A DNA stretch of 64,000 nt from Eledone cirrhosa (GCA_964016885.1 OZ024745.1:90644001-90708000); one strand, 5' to 3'. Counted from the stretch's first letter, positions 1 through 13,501 are shown. The notes: a model not told the origin generated them from the sequence alone. A program made the numbers and translations.

Positions 1-82
<82 letters not shown>

Positions 83-669
83 CGTGTATGTGTACGTATA
101 TTTATTTTATATATACACATATATACGTGTTTGCATGTGTGTATAGGTATGTATGCTTGTATATGTGTATGTATATATATATGGTTTTGCATATATTGTG
201 TATTTGTTTATATTTAAGTTGTTTTTTATTTATTTGCCCCACACATTTACACCTTTTTTTTACTTTATTTTGATTTTGATTTTTACTTTCTTATAAATAT
301 ATATACATATATTTTTTGTATCTTTTGTTCTTATTTATTTATTCAGTTATTCCTGCTTCCTAACTACTGTCCGTATTCGTGTGTACATTTTTGAGTGCAT
401 ATATATCTGTGTATATGTATGTGTATGTATTTATGTTCCTGTCCGTATTGCTAATACGCTTATGTGAGAAAGTATACGTCTACGTACTTTTTAGTATATG
501 CGCGTAGTTGAGTGTGTGTATGTTTACATTCTGGATATTTATATTTTTATATACATATTTTTTTTTTCTTTTTCCCTATTTCGATTTCGCCCGTTTTTTT
601 CAGCCTCACTTTCATATTTCCTAAATTTTGTTTTCAAATCCATATTTAATAAATACACCATGTTTTTTA

Positions 670-732
670 TTCATTCTGACAACTGAAGACAGACACACAA
701 CATCTGTCTTCAAGAAATCACTGGTAAATGAA
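670..732 (+). ncRNA. Degenerate type I hammerhead ribozyme, copy 1
   Basis: ttcatt-CTGACAA-ctgaagacaga..tctgtcttcaa-GAAA-tcactgg-TA-aatgaa. Stems I and II pair; the core has one substitution relative to CTGANGA. Confidence 0.55.
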
Positions 733-751
733 ATAATTATCTTATGTTGTT

Positions 752-806
<55 letters not shown>

Positions 807-2090
807 CAGGGTGTGGACGATATTTGTTCGCAATTTTCAACTGCTAATTTTATGCAAATTTTTTTTACTTCCGTTGTCACTCTAGTCTTCATAAAAACAG
901 TGACTATATTTCCATTATTTATTTTCAGAATAATTGATTATGAATAATTTTGAACCTCCAAATTTGTGGAAGAGACACAGAGTTCTTCTTGGATTCTGCG
1001 CCGGGAGGACAAATAAGGAAATTTCATACTTTCTCAGCATCAGCAGGAGAATGGTGGAAAAGGTCAGAAAGGAATTGGAAGATTCAGGATTCGACTAAGA
1101 AGCAATATCAGAAAGGAAAACACATGATCGACGATCTGACGCCTTCAGAACGACGGGGTTCGTCGCTGAAGTTCAGAATATCATCAACAATGAACCTAGC
1201 AAGTCGATGCGTGCTATTGCAAGGGAGAAAGGCTGGTGGTACATGAAGACATTCGCTACGTTTCATACAAGATGAGGAAAGGACAATTTCTGTCAAAGGC
1301 GATGCAAGAAAAGCGACTGAAGCACGCAAAGAAGCTGATCAACAAGTTGAAACACCCACTGGAGCCAGACATGCTGTGGTTTTTCTCCGACGAGAAAAAC
1401 TTCTGCCAAGACCAAAAGATCAACTCCCAGAACAACAGGTGGCTTGCTGTCTCATCCAAAGATGTGCCCAGAGTTATGCAGACAAAGTTTCCAGTGACAA
1501 CATTGGTCTTAGGTGTCGTCAGCAGTCAAGGTGATGTCATGCCACCTCACTTCTTCCCTGGGGGTCTCAAGCTGAACACCGATGGCTACATCTGCGTTCT
1601 GAGCGAGGTAGTAAAGCCCTAGATCGACCAGGTAGCTGCAGATAGGCCGTACATGTGGCAGTAAGACTCAGTGCCCTGCCATACCAGCCGAAAGACCCAA
1701 GCCTGGCTGTCAGAGAACTTCGTCGTCCACACTTCACCTGACATCTGGCTTCCCAGCTCGCCTGACTACAACCCCCTCGACTTCTTTGTGTGGGGCGCAG
1801 TGGAACGAGACACCAACAGATCTAGCTGCAATACGAAAGATGATCTGAAGGCCAGGATCACAAGTGCCTTTAGGGGCCTAAGTCGGGGGACAGTAACGAA
1901 GGCCTGTAGCCGGTTCCGAGGCCGCATTGAGGTCATCATCAAAGCCAATGGTGGGTTTATCGAGTGAGATCGAAAGAACAAGTCATGAAGACAAACTGAT
2001 CCAAGTTTGACAAATATATCTTAAAAAATAAAACTACTGTGTTATTTTTTTCTTAGACAGTAATCGTGCGAACAAATATCATCCGCAGCC

Positions 2091-2092
<2 letters not shown>
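807..2092 (+). mobile_element. Tc1/mariner superfamily DNA transposon, maT (DD37D) type, full length but defective
   Basis: 26-bp TIRs cagggtgtggacgatatttgttcgca (807-832) and tgcgaacaaatatcatccgcagcctg (2067-2092) match 23/26. Inserted in a (TA)n tract. Confidence 0.93.
960..1967 (+). pseudogene. DD37D transposase pseudogene
   Basis: Motifs WFFSDEKNF, WQ*DSVPCHTS and WLPSSPDYNPLDF, with 37 residues between the 2nd and 3rd Asp. Stops at 1620-1622 and 1662-1664; N-terminal frameshifts; start approximate. Confidence 0.9.
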
Positions 2093-2153
<61 letters not shown>

Positions 2154-2423
2154 CATCATCATCACCACCACCACCATTTAACGTCCATTTTCTATGCATG
2201 CATGGGTTAGATATATCTGTGTATATGTATGTGTATATATTTATGTTCCTGTCCGTATTGCTAATACGCTTATGCGAGAAAGTATATGTCTACGTACTTT
2301 TTAGTATATGTGCGTAGTTGAGTGTGTGTATGTTTACGTTCTGGATATTTTTTTCAGCCTCACTTTCATATTTCCTAAATTTTGTTTTCAAATCCATATT
2401 TAATAAATACACCATGTTTTTTA

Positions 2424-2481
2424 TTCATTCTTACGACTGAAGACAGACACATCTGTCTTCAAGAAACCACTGGTAAATGAA
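2424..2481 (+). ncRNA. Degenerate type I hammerhead ribozyme, copy 2
   Basis: ttcatt-CTTACGA-ctgaagacaga-cac-atctgtcttcaa-GAAA-ccactgg-TA-aatgaa. Confidence 0.55.
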
Positions 2482-2520
2482 ATAATTATCTTATGTTGTT
2501 TATTACATAACTAAATACAG

Positions 2521-2570
<50 letters not shown>

Positions 2571-2635
2571 ATCATCATCACCACCACCATTTAATGTCCA
2601 TTTTCTCTGCATGCATGGGTTAGATGGGTCACGGT

Positions 2636-2681
<46 letters not shown>

Positions 2682-2684
<3 letters not shown>

Positions 2685-3013
2685 TCATCATCATTTCATT
2701 TAACGTCCACTTTTCCCTGCTTGCAGGGGTGGGACGGGAACTGATTCTGGCTTGATTTCTACAGCTGGATGCCCTTCCTAACACCAACCTCATTTACAGT
2801 GAGTGCTGGGTGCTTTTTTGCCGTGGCACCTCCACGACCACTTGCAGTGGAATGATAGGGACCCCAGTCCCTATCATCTCATTTCTACAGCTGAGTAAAC
2901 TGGAGCAATGTGAAATAAAGTGTCTTGCTCAAGGAAACAACACATCACCCGGTCTGAGAATTGAACTCACAACCTTTCGATTGCAAGGCCAATGCTCTAA
3001 CCACTAAGCCATG
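2682..3013 (-). mobile_element. tRNA-derived SINE with RTE-derived 3' tail (family A)
   Basis: Reverse strand shows A box tggcttagtgg, B box gagttcaattc, central ccttgagcaagacactt and tail gttaggaagggcatccagc...ggacgttaaatg(atg)n. Near-identical to 57734-58070. Confidence 0.85.
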
Positions 3014-3885
3014 TATATATGTGTGTGTGTGTGTGTGATTATATATATATATATATATAAGCATGACTGTGTGATTAAGGAGTTCACATCACAACTCCAT
3101 AGTTTCAGATTCAGTCCCATGTGGCATTTTGACCCAGTGTCTTCTGATAAAGTCTCAGGTTACTCAATGTGTGTAAGTGTAATTTGGTAGATGGAAACTA
3201 TTCATCAGTACTCATGAAACTTTATCAGTAACTATGAAGTAGTGGAAAGTGCAATGTCTTGATTTTTGTGGTTGAGATGTTATTAAAAAGTTGTGAATTG
3301 GTTGCTCAAATGTAACAAAGGTCTCCTTTAAATTTTAATGCGGGCAATCATGGATAAGTAATCTGCATCAAACTATGGCATCACACTAGGCATTTCAGAT
3401 TATAGTGTATGAAGGGTATTGCACCTTTATTTTAATTCTTATCTTTATGAGATTAAGCTTGCACAAGAAATAAGTCAACTGAATTTGAGCAAGTCAGAAA
3501 ACAGGAAAGAGGACACGATTCTTTTCATGAATGATGAAATAGATCAAAACACAGGCATGTCATGGACTGCACATATCCTAGGATTCAAAATGATCTTGAA
3601 TTTTGGTATAAAAAATAGTCATTTGTAAAGTAAATTCCATTAACTATAGGATTACAATTTTTCAGTTTATCAACCCTGTCTACAGAATAAATAAGATTTT
3701 TCAAATATTTATATCTACACTGCATTCTCGTTGATTTGTTCTCTAATCATTAATTGACGTATTCCAAGATGTACATGTACATTATATTATATTAAAATAT
3801 AATTAAATCTATATCTCACACCGCTGAAGGTTCAGCTGGCCTCGTCTGAGATTGTATATCATTGGAAATTTCTTGAGTGTTTTAA

Positions 3886-4092
3886 CCCTTTACATTTAAA
3901 CCGGTTGTATCCGGCCAGAATTCTCTCACCTCTTTCAGTTCAAACCAGCTGTAACCAGCCACTCATACTTATGTTAAGGTATTGTTCTCAAAATAAATAA
4001 TATCAAAATCTCATAAATTCAATATTATGTGAGATAAAGCCTTTACCGTGAAAATATAATAGTAAATATAGAATAATGTAAATGGTGAAGGG
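3886..4092. mobile_element. piggyBac-type (TTAA) MITE, family 1
   Basis: TTAA|CCCTT...AAGGG|TTAA; reverse-orientation homologue of 5316-5523. Confidence 0.8.
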
Positions 4093-4670
4093 TTAATGAT
4101 AGGGGGTCCCAATCCTATCATGAAAAGCAACATGAAATGAAGCATCTTGTTCACAAACACAAAATGCCACCCAAATACAGGGTTTAAACCCATGACCTAA
4201 TCATCATGAGTCTACCACCCTAACCACTAAGTCATATACCTTCACCATACTATAATCTTATTAACAACAACTCATCTCAAACATTTAAAGGGAGTGACAC
4301 AAAGAGTTAAAGTCCTATTTTTATTTTTCTCATATCAGTACATTGCAGTGTGTAACCAGAATAGGTACACTATATCACTGTTGCAAATAAAAACAACTAA
4401 AAGAGATGGTATCTGGAAGGGCATCCGGCTGTGAAAACATTGCATCCAAAAGACCCCATGATGAGTATAAAGCCTGTCCTATAAATTGATCCCTATTTTA
4501 ACAAAGAAAATGGCCTTAAAATGTTTATCTTGCATAAGTAGTTTGTATTAACGAGTTTCACATTGTTTAAAAATGTAAACATCCATTGTATGAAACACAT
4601 TTATTTAACAGCTGCCACACGCGCATTCACATACACACATGCACTCTCACATATACACACACAAGCATGC

Positions 4671-4705
<35 letters not shown>

Positions 4706-5315
4706 ATCACACACACAATGCAGTTCTTTAATTCACACATTATTACTAAGTCACACTTCTAAAGACCCACTTCAATCAACAATCCCACCACCCACATGAC
4801 ATTCGTCATTAGCTGACCAATACCACAACTGCTATCATCACCATCATCGTCATTATCACCACCACGACCATGATGACGGTTATCATTGCCGTCATCATCA
4901 TTGTCATCGTCAACACAATCCTCATCATCGTTATCATCATCATCATCACCATCACCAACAAATGGTGGTGGTGGTGGAGAGAGGAGGAGGATATGGTAAA
5001 AAGGTGTGTGACAGTGATAACACAGGTTAATATTATCACCCAACAACTATCATAAAAGACAGAAATTAAAACAACAGACACATGTGTGTAAGTATACTTT
5101 AGCAGAGTTTCAGTCACTGGATCATGGCCATGCTGGGGCACCACTTCCAATAGTTTAACCAATCGTATCAAGCCCAGTGTCCTTCACCTCCACTGCCCAA
5201 CTCTAGTATTCATTCTATCAATCTCTAATTGTGGAACTGCTAAGTTACAGGATGGACGGGGACACCTACCTCTGTGAAGGAGAATAACACCTCGGGAAAG
5301 ATAAGGGAGCCTTAA

Positions 5316-5523
5316 CCCTTTAGCATTCATATTACTCTATATATATTATTGTATTTTCGCAGTAAGGACTTTATCTCACATAATATTGAATCTATGAGAT
5401 TTTGATGGTATTTATTTTAAGAACAATACCTTAACATAAGTATGAGCAACCGGTTACGGCTAGTTTAAACAGAAAGAGGTGAGATAATTCTGGCCGGATA
5501 TGGCTGGTTTAAACGCTAAAGGG
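5316..5523. mobile_element. piggyBac-type (TTAA) MITE, family 1
   Basis: TTAA TSDs at 5312-5315 and 5524-5527; TIRs ccctttagcatt / aacgctaaaggg. Confidence 0.85.
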
Positions 5524-5844
5524 TTAACATGCCATTTACTCTTCCCCCTTCCTCCTACATCTGTCATTAGGGGCAACTCAAGGGTTAGATTATTAATCCA
5601 TGTCAAAATATGTACACCCACCATACACAAGTCTTTTTCTCCCCCATCTTCACCTTCCTACACATGTAACAATAATAAAAATTCTTCCTTAATTGAAAAA
5701 TACTGTATTTCATTAAAAATATGGTGATGAAATGGTTCAAGTTCAGAGTGACCCTATCTAAATTTGATCTCAAGGTATAAAGGGACACAACTAAATACTG
5801 TGTGGTGTTTTGTTTACCACTAAAACAATCATATCATTTCCTAC

Positions 5845-8800
5845 TGTAGTAATAATAATAGTAATGGTTGTGGTTGGGGTGGTAATGCTGATGATGGTAG
5901 TGATAATGATAGTAGTGGTAATGATGATGATGATGATGATAGTAGTGGTAATGATGATGATGATGGTAGTGGTAATGATGATGATGATGATAGTAGTAGT
6001 GATGATGGTGGTGGTGGTGAAGGTGATGGTAGTGGTGATGATGATAGTGGTGGTAATGATGGTGGTGATAGTGGTGGTGATGATAGTAGTGGTAATGATG
6101 GTGGTGGTAGTGGTGATGATGATAGTAGTGGTAATGATGGTGGTAGTAGTGGTGATGATGATAGTGGTGGTAATGATGGTGGTGGTAGTGGTGATGATGA
6201 TAGTAGTGGTAATGATGGTGGTAGTAGTGGTGATGATGATAGTTGTTGTAATGATGGTGGTGGTAGTGGTGGTGATGATAGTAGTGGTAATGATGGTGGT
6301 AGTAGTGGTGATGATGATAGTAGTGGTAATGATGGTGGTAGTAGTGGTGATGATGATAGTAGTGGTGATGATGGTGGTGGTGGTGGTGATGATGATAGTA
6401 GTGGTGATGATGGTGGTGGTAGTGGTGATGATGATAGTAGTGGTAATGATGGTGGTAGTAGTGGTGATGATGATAGTAGTGGTAATGATGGTGGTAGTAG
6501 TGGTGATGATGATAGTAGTGGTAATGATGGTGGTAGTAGTGGTGATGATGATAGTAGTGGTGATGATGGTGGTGGTGGTGATGATGATAGTAGTGGTGAT
6601 GATGGTGGTGGTAGTGGTGATGATGATAGTAGTGGTAATGATGGTGGTAGTAGTGGTGATGATGATAGTAGTGGTGATGATGGTGGTGGTGGTGGTAGTG
6701 GTGATGATGATAGTAGTGGTAATGATGGTGGTAGTAGTGGTGATGATGATAGTAGTGGTGATGATGGTGGTGGTGGTGGTAGTGGTGATGATGATAGTAG
6801 TGGTAATGATGGTGGTAGTAGTGGTGATGATGATAGTAGTGGTGATGATGGTGGTGGTGGTGGTAGTGGTGATGATGATAGTAGTGGTAATGATGGTGGT
6901 AGTAGTGGTGATGATGATAGTAGTGGTGATGATGGTGGTGGTGGTGGTAGTGGTGATGATGATAGTAGTGGTAATGATGGTGGTAGTAGTGGTGATGATG
7001 ATAGTAGTGGTAATGATGGTGGTAGTAGTGGTGATGATGATAGTAGTGGTGATGATGGTGGTGGTGGTGATGATGATAGTAGTGGTGATGATGGTGGTGG
7101 TGGTGGTGATGATGATAGTAGTGGTAATGATGGTGGTGGTAGTGGTGATGATGATAGTAGTGGTAATGATGGTGGTAGTAGTGGTGATGATGATAGTAGT
7201 GGTAATGATGGTGGTGGTAGTGGTGATGATGATAGTAGTGGTAATGATGGTGGTGGTAGTGGTGATGATGATAGTAGTGGTAATGATGGTGGTAGTAGTG
7301 GTGATGATGATAGTAGTGGTGATGATGGTGGTGGTAGTGGTGATGATGATAGTAGTGGTAATGATGGTGGTGGTAGTGGTGATGATGATAGTAGTGGTAA
7401 TGATGGTGGTAGTAGTGGTGATGATGATAGTAGTGGTGATGATGATGGTGGTGGTGGTGGTAGTGGTGATGATGATAGTAGTGGTAATGATGGTGGTAGT
7501 AGTGGTGATGATGATAGTAGTGGTGATGATGGTGGTGGTGGTGGTAGTGGTGATGATGATAGTAGTGGTAATGATGGTGGTGGTAGTGGTGATGATGATA
7601 GTAGTGGTGATGATGGTGGTGGTGGTGGTAGTGGTGATGATGATAGTAGTGGTGATGATGGTGGTGGTGGTGGTGATGATGATAGTAGTGGTGATGATGG
7701 TGGTGGTAGTGGTGATGATGATAGTAGTGGTAATGATGGTGGTGGTAGTGGTGATGATGATAGTAGTGGTAATGATGGTGGTGGTAGTGGTGATGATGAT
7801 AGTAGTGGTAATGATGGTGGTAGTAGTGGTGATGATGATAGTAGTGGTGATGATGATGGTGGTGGTGGTGGTAGTGGTGATGATGATAGTAGTGGTAATG
7901 ATGGTGGTAGTAGTGGTGATGATGATAGTAGTGGTGATGATGGTGGTGGTGGTGGTAGTGGTGATGATGATAGTAGTGGTAATGATGGTGGTGGTAGTGG
8001 TGATGATGATAGTAGTGGTGATGATGGTGGTGGTGGTGGTAGTGGTGATGATGATAGTAGTGGTGATGATGGTGGTGGTGGTGGTGATGATGATAGTAGT
8101 GGTGATGATGGTGGTGGTAGTGGTGATGATGATAGTAGTGGTAATGATGGTGGTGGTAGTGGTGATGATGATAGTAGTGGTAATGATGGTGGTGGTAGTG
8201 GTGATGATGATAGTAGTGGTAATGATGGTGGTAGTAGTGGTGATGATGATAGTAGTGGTGATGATGATGGTGGTGGTGGTGGTAGTGGTGATGATGATAG
8301 TAGTGGTAATGATGGTGGTAGTAGTGGTGATGATGATAGTAGTGGTGATGATGGTGGTGGTGGTGGTAGTGGTGATGATGATAGTAGTGGTAATGATGGT
8401 GGTAGTAGTGGTGATGATGATAGTAGTGGTGATGATGGTGGTGGTGGTGGTAGTGGTGATGATGATAGTAGTGGTAATGATGGTGGTAGTAGTGGTGATG
8501 ATGATAGTAGTGGTGATGATGGTGGTGGTGGTGGTAGTGGTGATGATGATAGTAGTGGTAATGATGGTGGTGGTAGTGGTGATGATGATGGTGGTGGTGG
8601 TGGTAGTGGTGATGATGATAGTAGTAGTGGTGATGATGATAGTAGTGGTAATGATGGTGGTGGTAGTGGTGATGATGATAGTAGTGGTGATGATGGTGGT
8701 GGTGGTGGTGATGATGATAGTAGTGGTGATGATGGTGGTAGTAGTGGTGATGATGATAGTAGTGGTGATGATGGTGGTGGTGGTGGTAGTGGTGATGATG

Positions 8801-9215
8801 ATAGTAGTGGTAATGATGGTGGTGGTAGTGGTGATGATGATAGTAGTGGTAATGATGGTGGTGGTAGTGGTGATGATGATAGTAGTGGTGATGATGGTGG
8901 TGGTGGTAGTAGTGGTGATGATGATAGTAGTGGTAATGATGGTGGTAGTAGTGGTGATGATGATAGTAGTGGTAATGATGGTGGTGGTAGTGGTGATGAT
9001 GATAGTAGTGGTAATGATGGTGGTAGTAGTGGTGATGATGATAGTAGTGGTGATGATGGTGGTGGTGGTGGTGATGATGATAGTAGTGGTGATGATGGTG
9101 GTGGTGGTGGTGGTAGTGGTGATGATGATAGTAGTGGTAATGATGGTGGTGGTAGTGGTGATGATGATGACTGTGGTGGTGGTGATAATCATGGTAGTGG
9201 TAATGATAATGGTGG
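5845..9215. repeat. Roughly 3.3-kb compound trinucleotide minisatellite (39-bp basic unit; 36/45/48-bp variants) with higher-order periodicity
   Basis: Unit gtgatgatgatagtagtggtaatgatggtggtagtagtg. A 48-bp variant recurs at 7438, 7849 and 8260 (411-bp period). Confidence 0.95.
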
Positions 9216-10664
9216 GGGGAGGGAAGAGTAAAATAAAGATATTTGCATATGGCTCCTACATTAATAATGATAACAACAATAATAATAATAATAATAATAT
9301 TGAAAATAATTAATAATTAATAACAATATTGATGTTAGAGTGTCCTAATTCCCCTACCTAATTTTGACCAGTTTCCTGCATTGCCAATGCACGGTCCAGA
9401 GTAAACATTCATAGTGTCTTGAAGGTTGCAGAGAGTAAGATTCACAGTAGCACATAGTCTGTTTGGCCAAAGTAAACTGACCAATGCAGAGCTAAGCCCA
9501 AATAAGATATTCTTAAACAAGTGGGGCCAGTGGAGGGAAGGAGGGCAATTACTAAGGAAACGGAAGTAGAGGCAATTAGAAAAACTTGAAGTTTACATCA
9601 TATAGACATAACATATACACTTACACATGCATACATACACACACATATAATATATATACATACATACAAATACATACACGTTAAGACTGATTTTTTTTTT
9701 TTCTGTGTACATGTGTGCAACAGCATGAATGATTTTGCAGGTTGCTGAGTATGTCCTGTTTTTAAAATAGGGATTTCCATATCCTTGTGTGTCGTAAGAG
9801 GCAATGAAAAGGGATTAGCATCAGAAAGGGCATCCAGTTGTAAAACATTGCCTCAAAATATCTCATCCGACCCATGCTAGCATGGAAGGGTGGATATAAA
9901 AATGATGGTGATGTTGATGTTGATAATGATGAAGATGGTGATGATGATGAAGATGATGATGATGCATGTATGTATGTATGCATCTATGTGTAGTGTGAAT
10001 ATATCTAATGTCTGTCTAATCACATAGTTCCGTAGATGCCAGAGTTTAAATGTAAGTGAATAGCCATGGGTGAGTGTCTGAGAATAAACTGCCATCAGTG
10101 AGTGATTGTACATGAATAACTGAATGAGTGAGTCATTGAGTGAGTGGCTGATTGAGAGGCCTGTAAGCAGGTGTTCATGAGTGAGTGGGAGTGTGAGTGT
10201 CTAAACCTGTGAGGACAGGGAACTTTGTCTCAACGCCCCATTCCCTCTGTAACCAGAACTATTATTGTTTTTACTTAGCAATATTTGTTATTGGCTGTAT
10301 CGATAGAGTAACAGACAACGTGCTTTATGGCATAGAGTTACGGTCCTTTATTATCTATATATGCAGATTTGTAAATATGGTTGGCATTAGGAAGGGCATC
10401 CAGTCATAGAAAACCAGCCAGAAACAGTCCTATATGAGCGAGACAGTCACCAAACCTGTCTAACCCATGCTAGCGTGGAAGATGGACGTTAATCAATGAT
10501 GATGATGATGATTTATAATAAAACTGTCTCTCTTATTTATTATATTGAAACACTGGTTGATATCTTACCAAGAAAATCCTAAGGAATCATTGAGTGCTTT
10601 ATGTTTATTTATGAAAAAGTTGGCGGATTATATAATTAACCGCCTTTCATCAACTAAATAATAA

Positions 10665-10848
10665 TTGTTTCTACTTTTGGCACACGGCCAGAAATAATCC
10701 CAGTGTATTACTGGTACTTTATTTTATTGACCCCGTAAGGATGAAAGGCAAAGTTAACCTCGGCAGGATTTGAACTCAGATCATAAAGGGAGGTAACACT
10801 ATGCTTCAAAGCATGGCGTCTGACCCTCTTCCGATACTGCCAATCCAA
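10665..10848 (-). mobile_element. tRNA-derived SINE with Meta-type central domain (family B)
   Basis: Reverse strand ggcagtatcgg...gagttcaaatcc...gcctttcatccttacggggtcaataaaataaagtaccag...gtgccaaaagtagaaacaattat. Further copies near 14330-14500, 23845-24008, 24310-24470, 24755-24940, 25197-25376, 25920-26075, 30945-31158, 31885-32040, 37530-37650 and 43328-43530. Confidence 0.8.
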
Positions 10849-11219
10849 TAAAAATGATACATATTTATATATATTTTCTTTTCTCTAGGTGTAATTTGTC
10901 TAACTTTCTCAAATATTAACTATGGTAATCGACTATTTATGTTGTAATTACATACCAAATTGTTGTTTATATTGGAGAGGAATAGGGAATTTTATGTTCA
11001 TATATCAAATCAAGAAGACATTCCCTCTTTTATACCATTGCTCAGCTGGCCTATAGTGTCAGATCCAATCAACTCCATCAACCTCCAGTATAGAGAGCAT
11101 TTCATTAGTTTTAGTTTTATATAAATAATGTATAACGAACAGGAACAGTATCATCATGAAAAGATATATAACTAATATCAGAATTGTGAAGAGATATAAT
11201 ATCATGATAATAAAGAGAT

Positions 11220-11570
11220 ATAGTGATATATATATATATATATAACCTTTATGATATAAAAAATGGTGGTGATGGTATGAAGATATATAATTGATATCAT
11301 CATTGTGAAGAGGTATAAGTGATGGTAGTGATGATATGAAGATACATAATATGAAGATGGTGATCTATAAACAGTGGTGGTGATAATATGAAGATATATA
11401 ACATGAAGATGGTGAGATTTAAACGAAGGTGGTGGTGATATGAAGATATATAATTGATATCATTGTGAAGATATATAATTGATATCCTCATTGTGAAGAG
11501 GTATAAGTGATATCATCATTTTAAAGAGATATAATTGATATATTCACTATGAAGAGATATAATTGATATG
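11220..11570. repeat. Degenerate minisatellite (tgaagatatataattgatatcatcattg-like)
   Basis: Repeated gaagatatataa/ttgatat motifs. Confidence 0.7.
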
Positions 11571-12174
11571 GTTGGATTGGAAAAACAAAACAATGAAGCC
11601 TATTGAAATAAATGTCACTGTGTAAAACCAATAACTAGATAAGAAATTCATGTTAATGACAAGAGAAAGACAAATAGATAGACAGAAAGAGAACAAGAAA
11701 GGAATAGAAATAAAAAGATATAATGGTAAAAATAAATAATAACATCATATGAAGAAACAGTGAAATTAAACCAGATAGTCAGCTTTAGTTAAGATATGAT
11801 CAAGTATTGCTTAACATAGGAAAAGAAGCTCATTGAATATTTAAACATTACTGGTCTATTTAGTATGAGTAATCAACAGAAGACAAGAGAATAAGAAGTG
11901 AAAACTGTACAATTCCACTTGGATTCAGCTTGGTTTCTAAAACAGCTGAATAGCCATCACTATTGTTGAAGAAAACAAACAAAATTCATTGCAACTTGTG
12001 AAGTATAAACACAAAACAGAAAGACTTCCAGTAGACTAGGACAGACAATATTCCAAAATTAACTAACAGTTCTTGGAGTGGAGTTGAAGGAGATAGAACA
12101 TAAAAAACAACAATAATAGCTGATATCTTATCAAACCAAGAACAACACATTTTAGAAGTATTCTTTTTTCTTCT

Positions 12175-12240
<66 letters not shown>

Positions 12241-13470
12241 CCTTCTTTGTTTTTAACTAGGAATTGGTAGACATTTTCCAGCACAATAGACAGAAGATAA
12301 TACTAAAAGAATTTTTAACAAAGATATATATATATGCTAGATACAGCAATGGAATTAATAAACTGTTACCTAGGTAACTTCAATAAGTTCAGATTTCTGG
12401 ACGATTCAGTAAAATTTTCATTAAAACTTCTAACAAAAGGTACTCAATCGTTCCTGATAAATTTCAACTTGAAAACAATTGAAACAGACAAATCAATTCA
12501 TGTTGAGATTCCAGACAGGAAAATCTAGTTGAATAGAGATGTTATACAAACAAAGCTAATGGATTAACAGAGATATACCAAATTGAGAACTGAACTAGAA
12601 GAACAAACAGAAAAAAATTATTTCTTTACCAGCTAAATATGTTGGGTTTTTTTTCCAGCAAGCATGTCTTTTGAAGTCTTCCAAAAAAGAGGGCTAGACT
12701 AATGTTCTTTTTTGCCTTGTCAAAAACCACCAGGTCAGGCCTATTGTGTTCTAATTTCTTGTCTGTTGGTATCCTGCATCATCACTATCACCACCATAAC
12801 CATTATTATAATCTCTTTACTTACCATTTTCTTAACCCTCTGCCAGTTTCATATCATACTTTTGCCAATCAAACCTTTCATAGAGTTGGGAAATTCACCT
12901 CAATATCCAACGTCTTCAACCAAACATTCAAACTTCTAGCCACTGACCCTAAGGATCCTATTACAATTGGAATGATAACAACTTTGCAGCAATTCCAGAT
13001 TTCTGCATTCTATTTTCAGAAATGGGTGTATTTCTATTTTCTCATGCTCTTTGTCTACCATTCTAGATGCATTTATATATTTTGTATATGTAAATGCAAT
13101 ATTTAATTTTATCTTTAAAAAAATTAACCATTTACATTACAATGATGATGATTACAATATATCAACTTTGCCTTTCAGCCTTTCAAGGTCGATTTAAAAA
13201 AATACCAGTCGAATACTGGGGTCAATTCTTCCTCTATATCTCTTTCTCGGTTACTCTCACTTACTTTCTATCCTTCTCTAGAAGAAATCTGCTGTACTCA
13301 GCTCTGGAGAGGAGATGGGTTCCACCAGTCTTAAAAATCCCAAGAAAGGCTGTATGAGTTATACCAATACAGCACCCCATACAACTCCCTCGGTAATTAC
13401 AGGGACCATACCATATGTGTGTGTATGTGTATGATAGTATGACAGGCAGAGTGGAGAGAGAGATATGCAC

Positions 13471-13501
<31 letters not shown>

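Larger units (their letters stand above)
401..2623 (+). repeat. Local tandem duplication of a roughly 410-bp unit (PLE-type terminal repeat + (TA)n + RTE tail); copy 1 is interrupted by a mariner element
   Basis: 401-~760 matches 2211-~2505 (atatatctgtgtatatg...ctggtaaatgaaataattatcttatgttgtt). 2150-2210 matches 2567-2623 (ccatcatc...catgcatgggttag). Confidence 0.85.

Noticed and set aside
1-273. Short ORFs such as MCVCVC/YIYIYI here and throughout the window
   Set aside because: Translations of (TG)n, (TA)n, (GA)n and (GATA)n microsatellites.
5791-9313. 1133-aa and 1167-aa ORFs
   Set aside because: They arise automatically from (RTR)n triplet repeats that lack stops in five frames; no domain or gene context.
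11600-12620. A-rich plus-strand stretch resembling a decayed LINE ORF
   Set aside because: No diagnostic motif could be recovered by manual translation.
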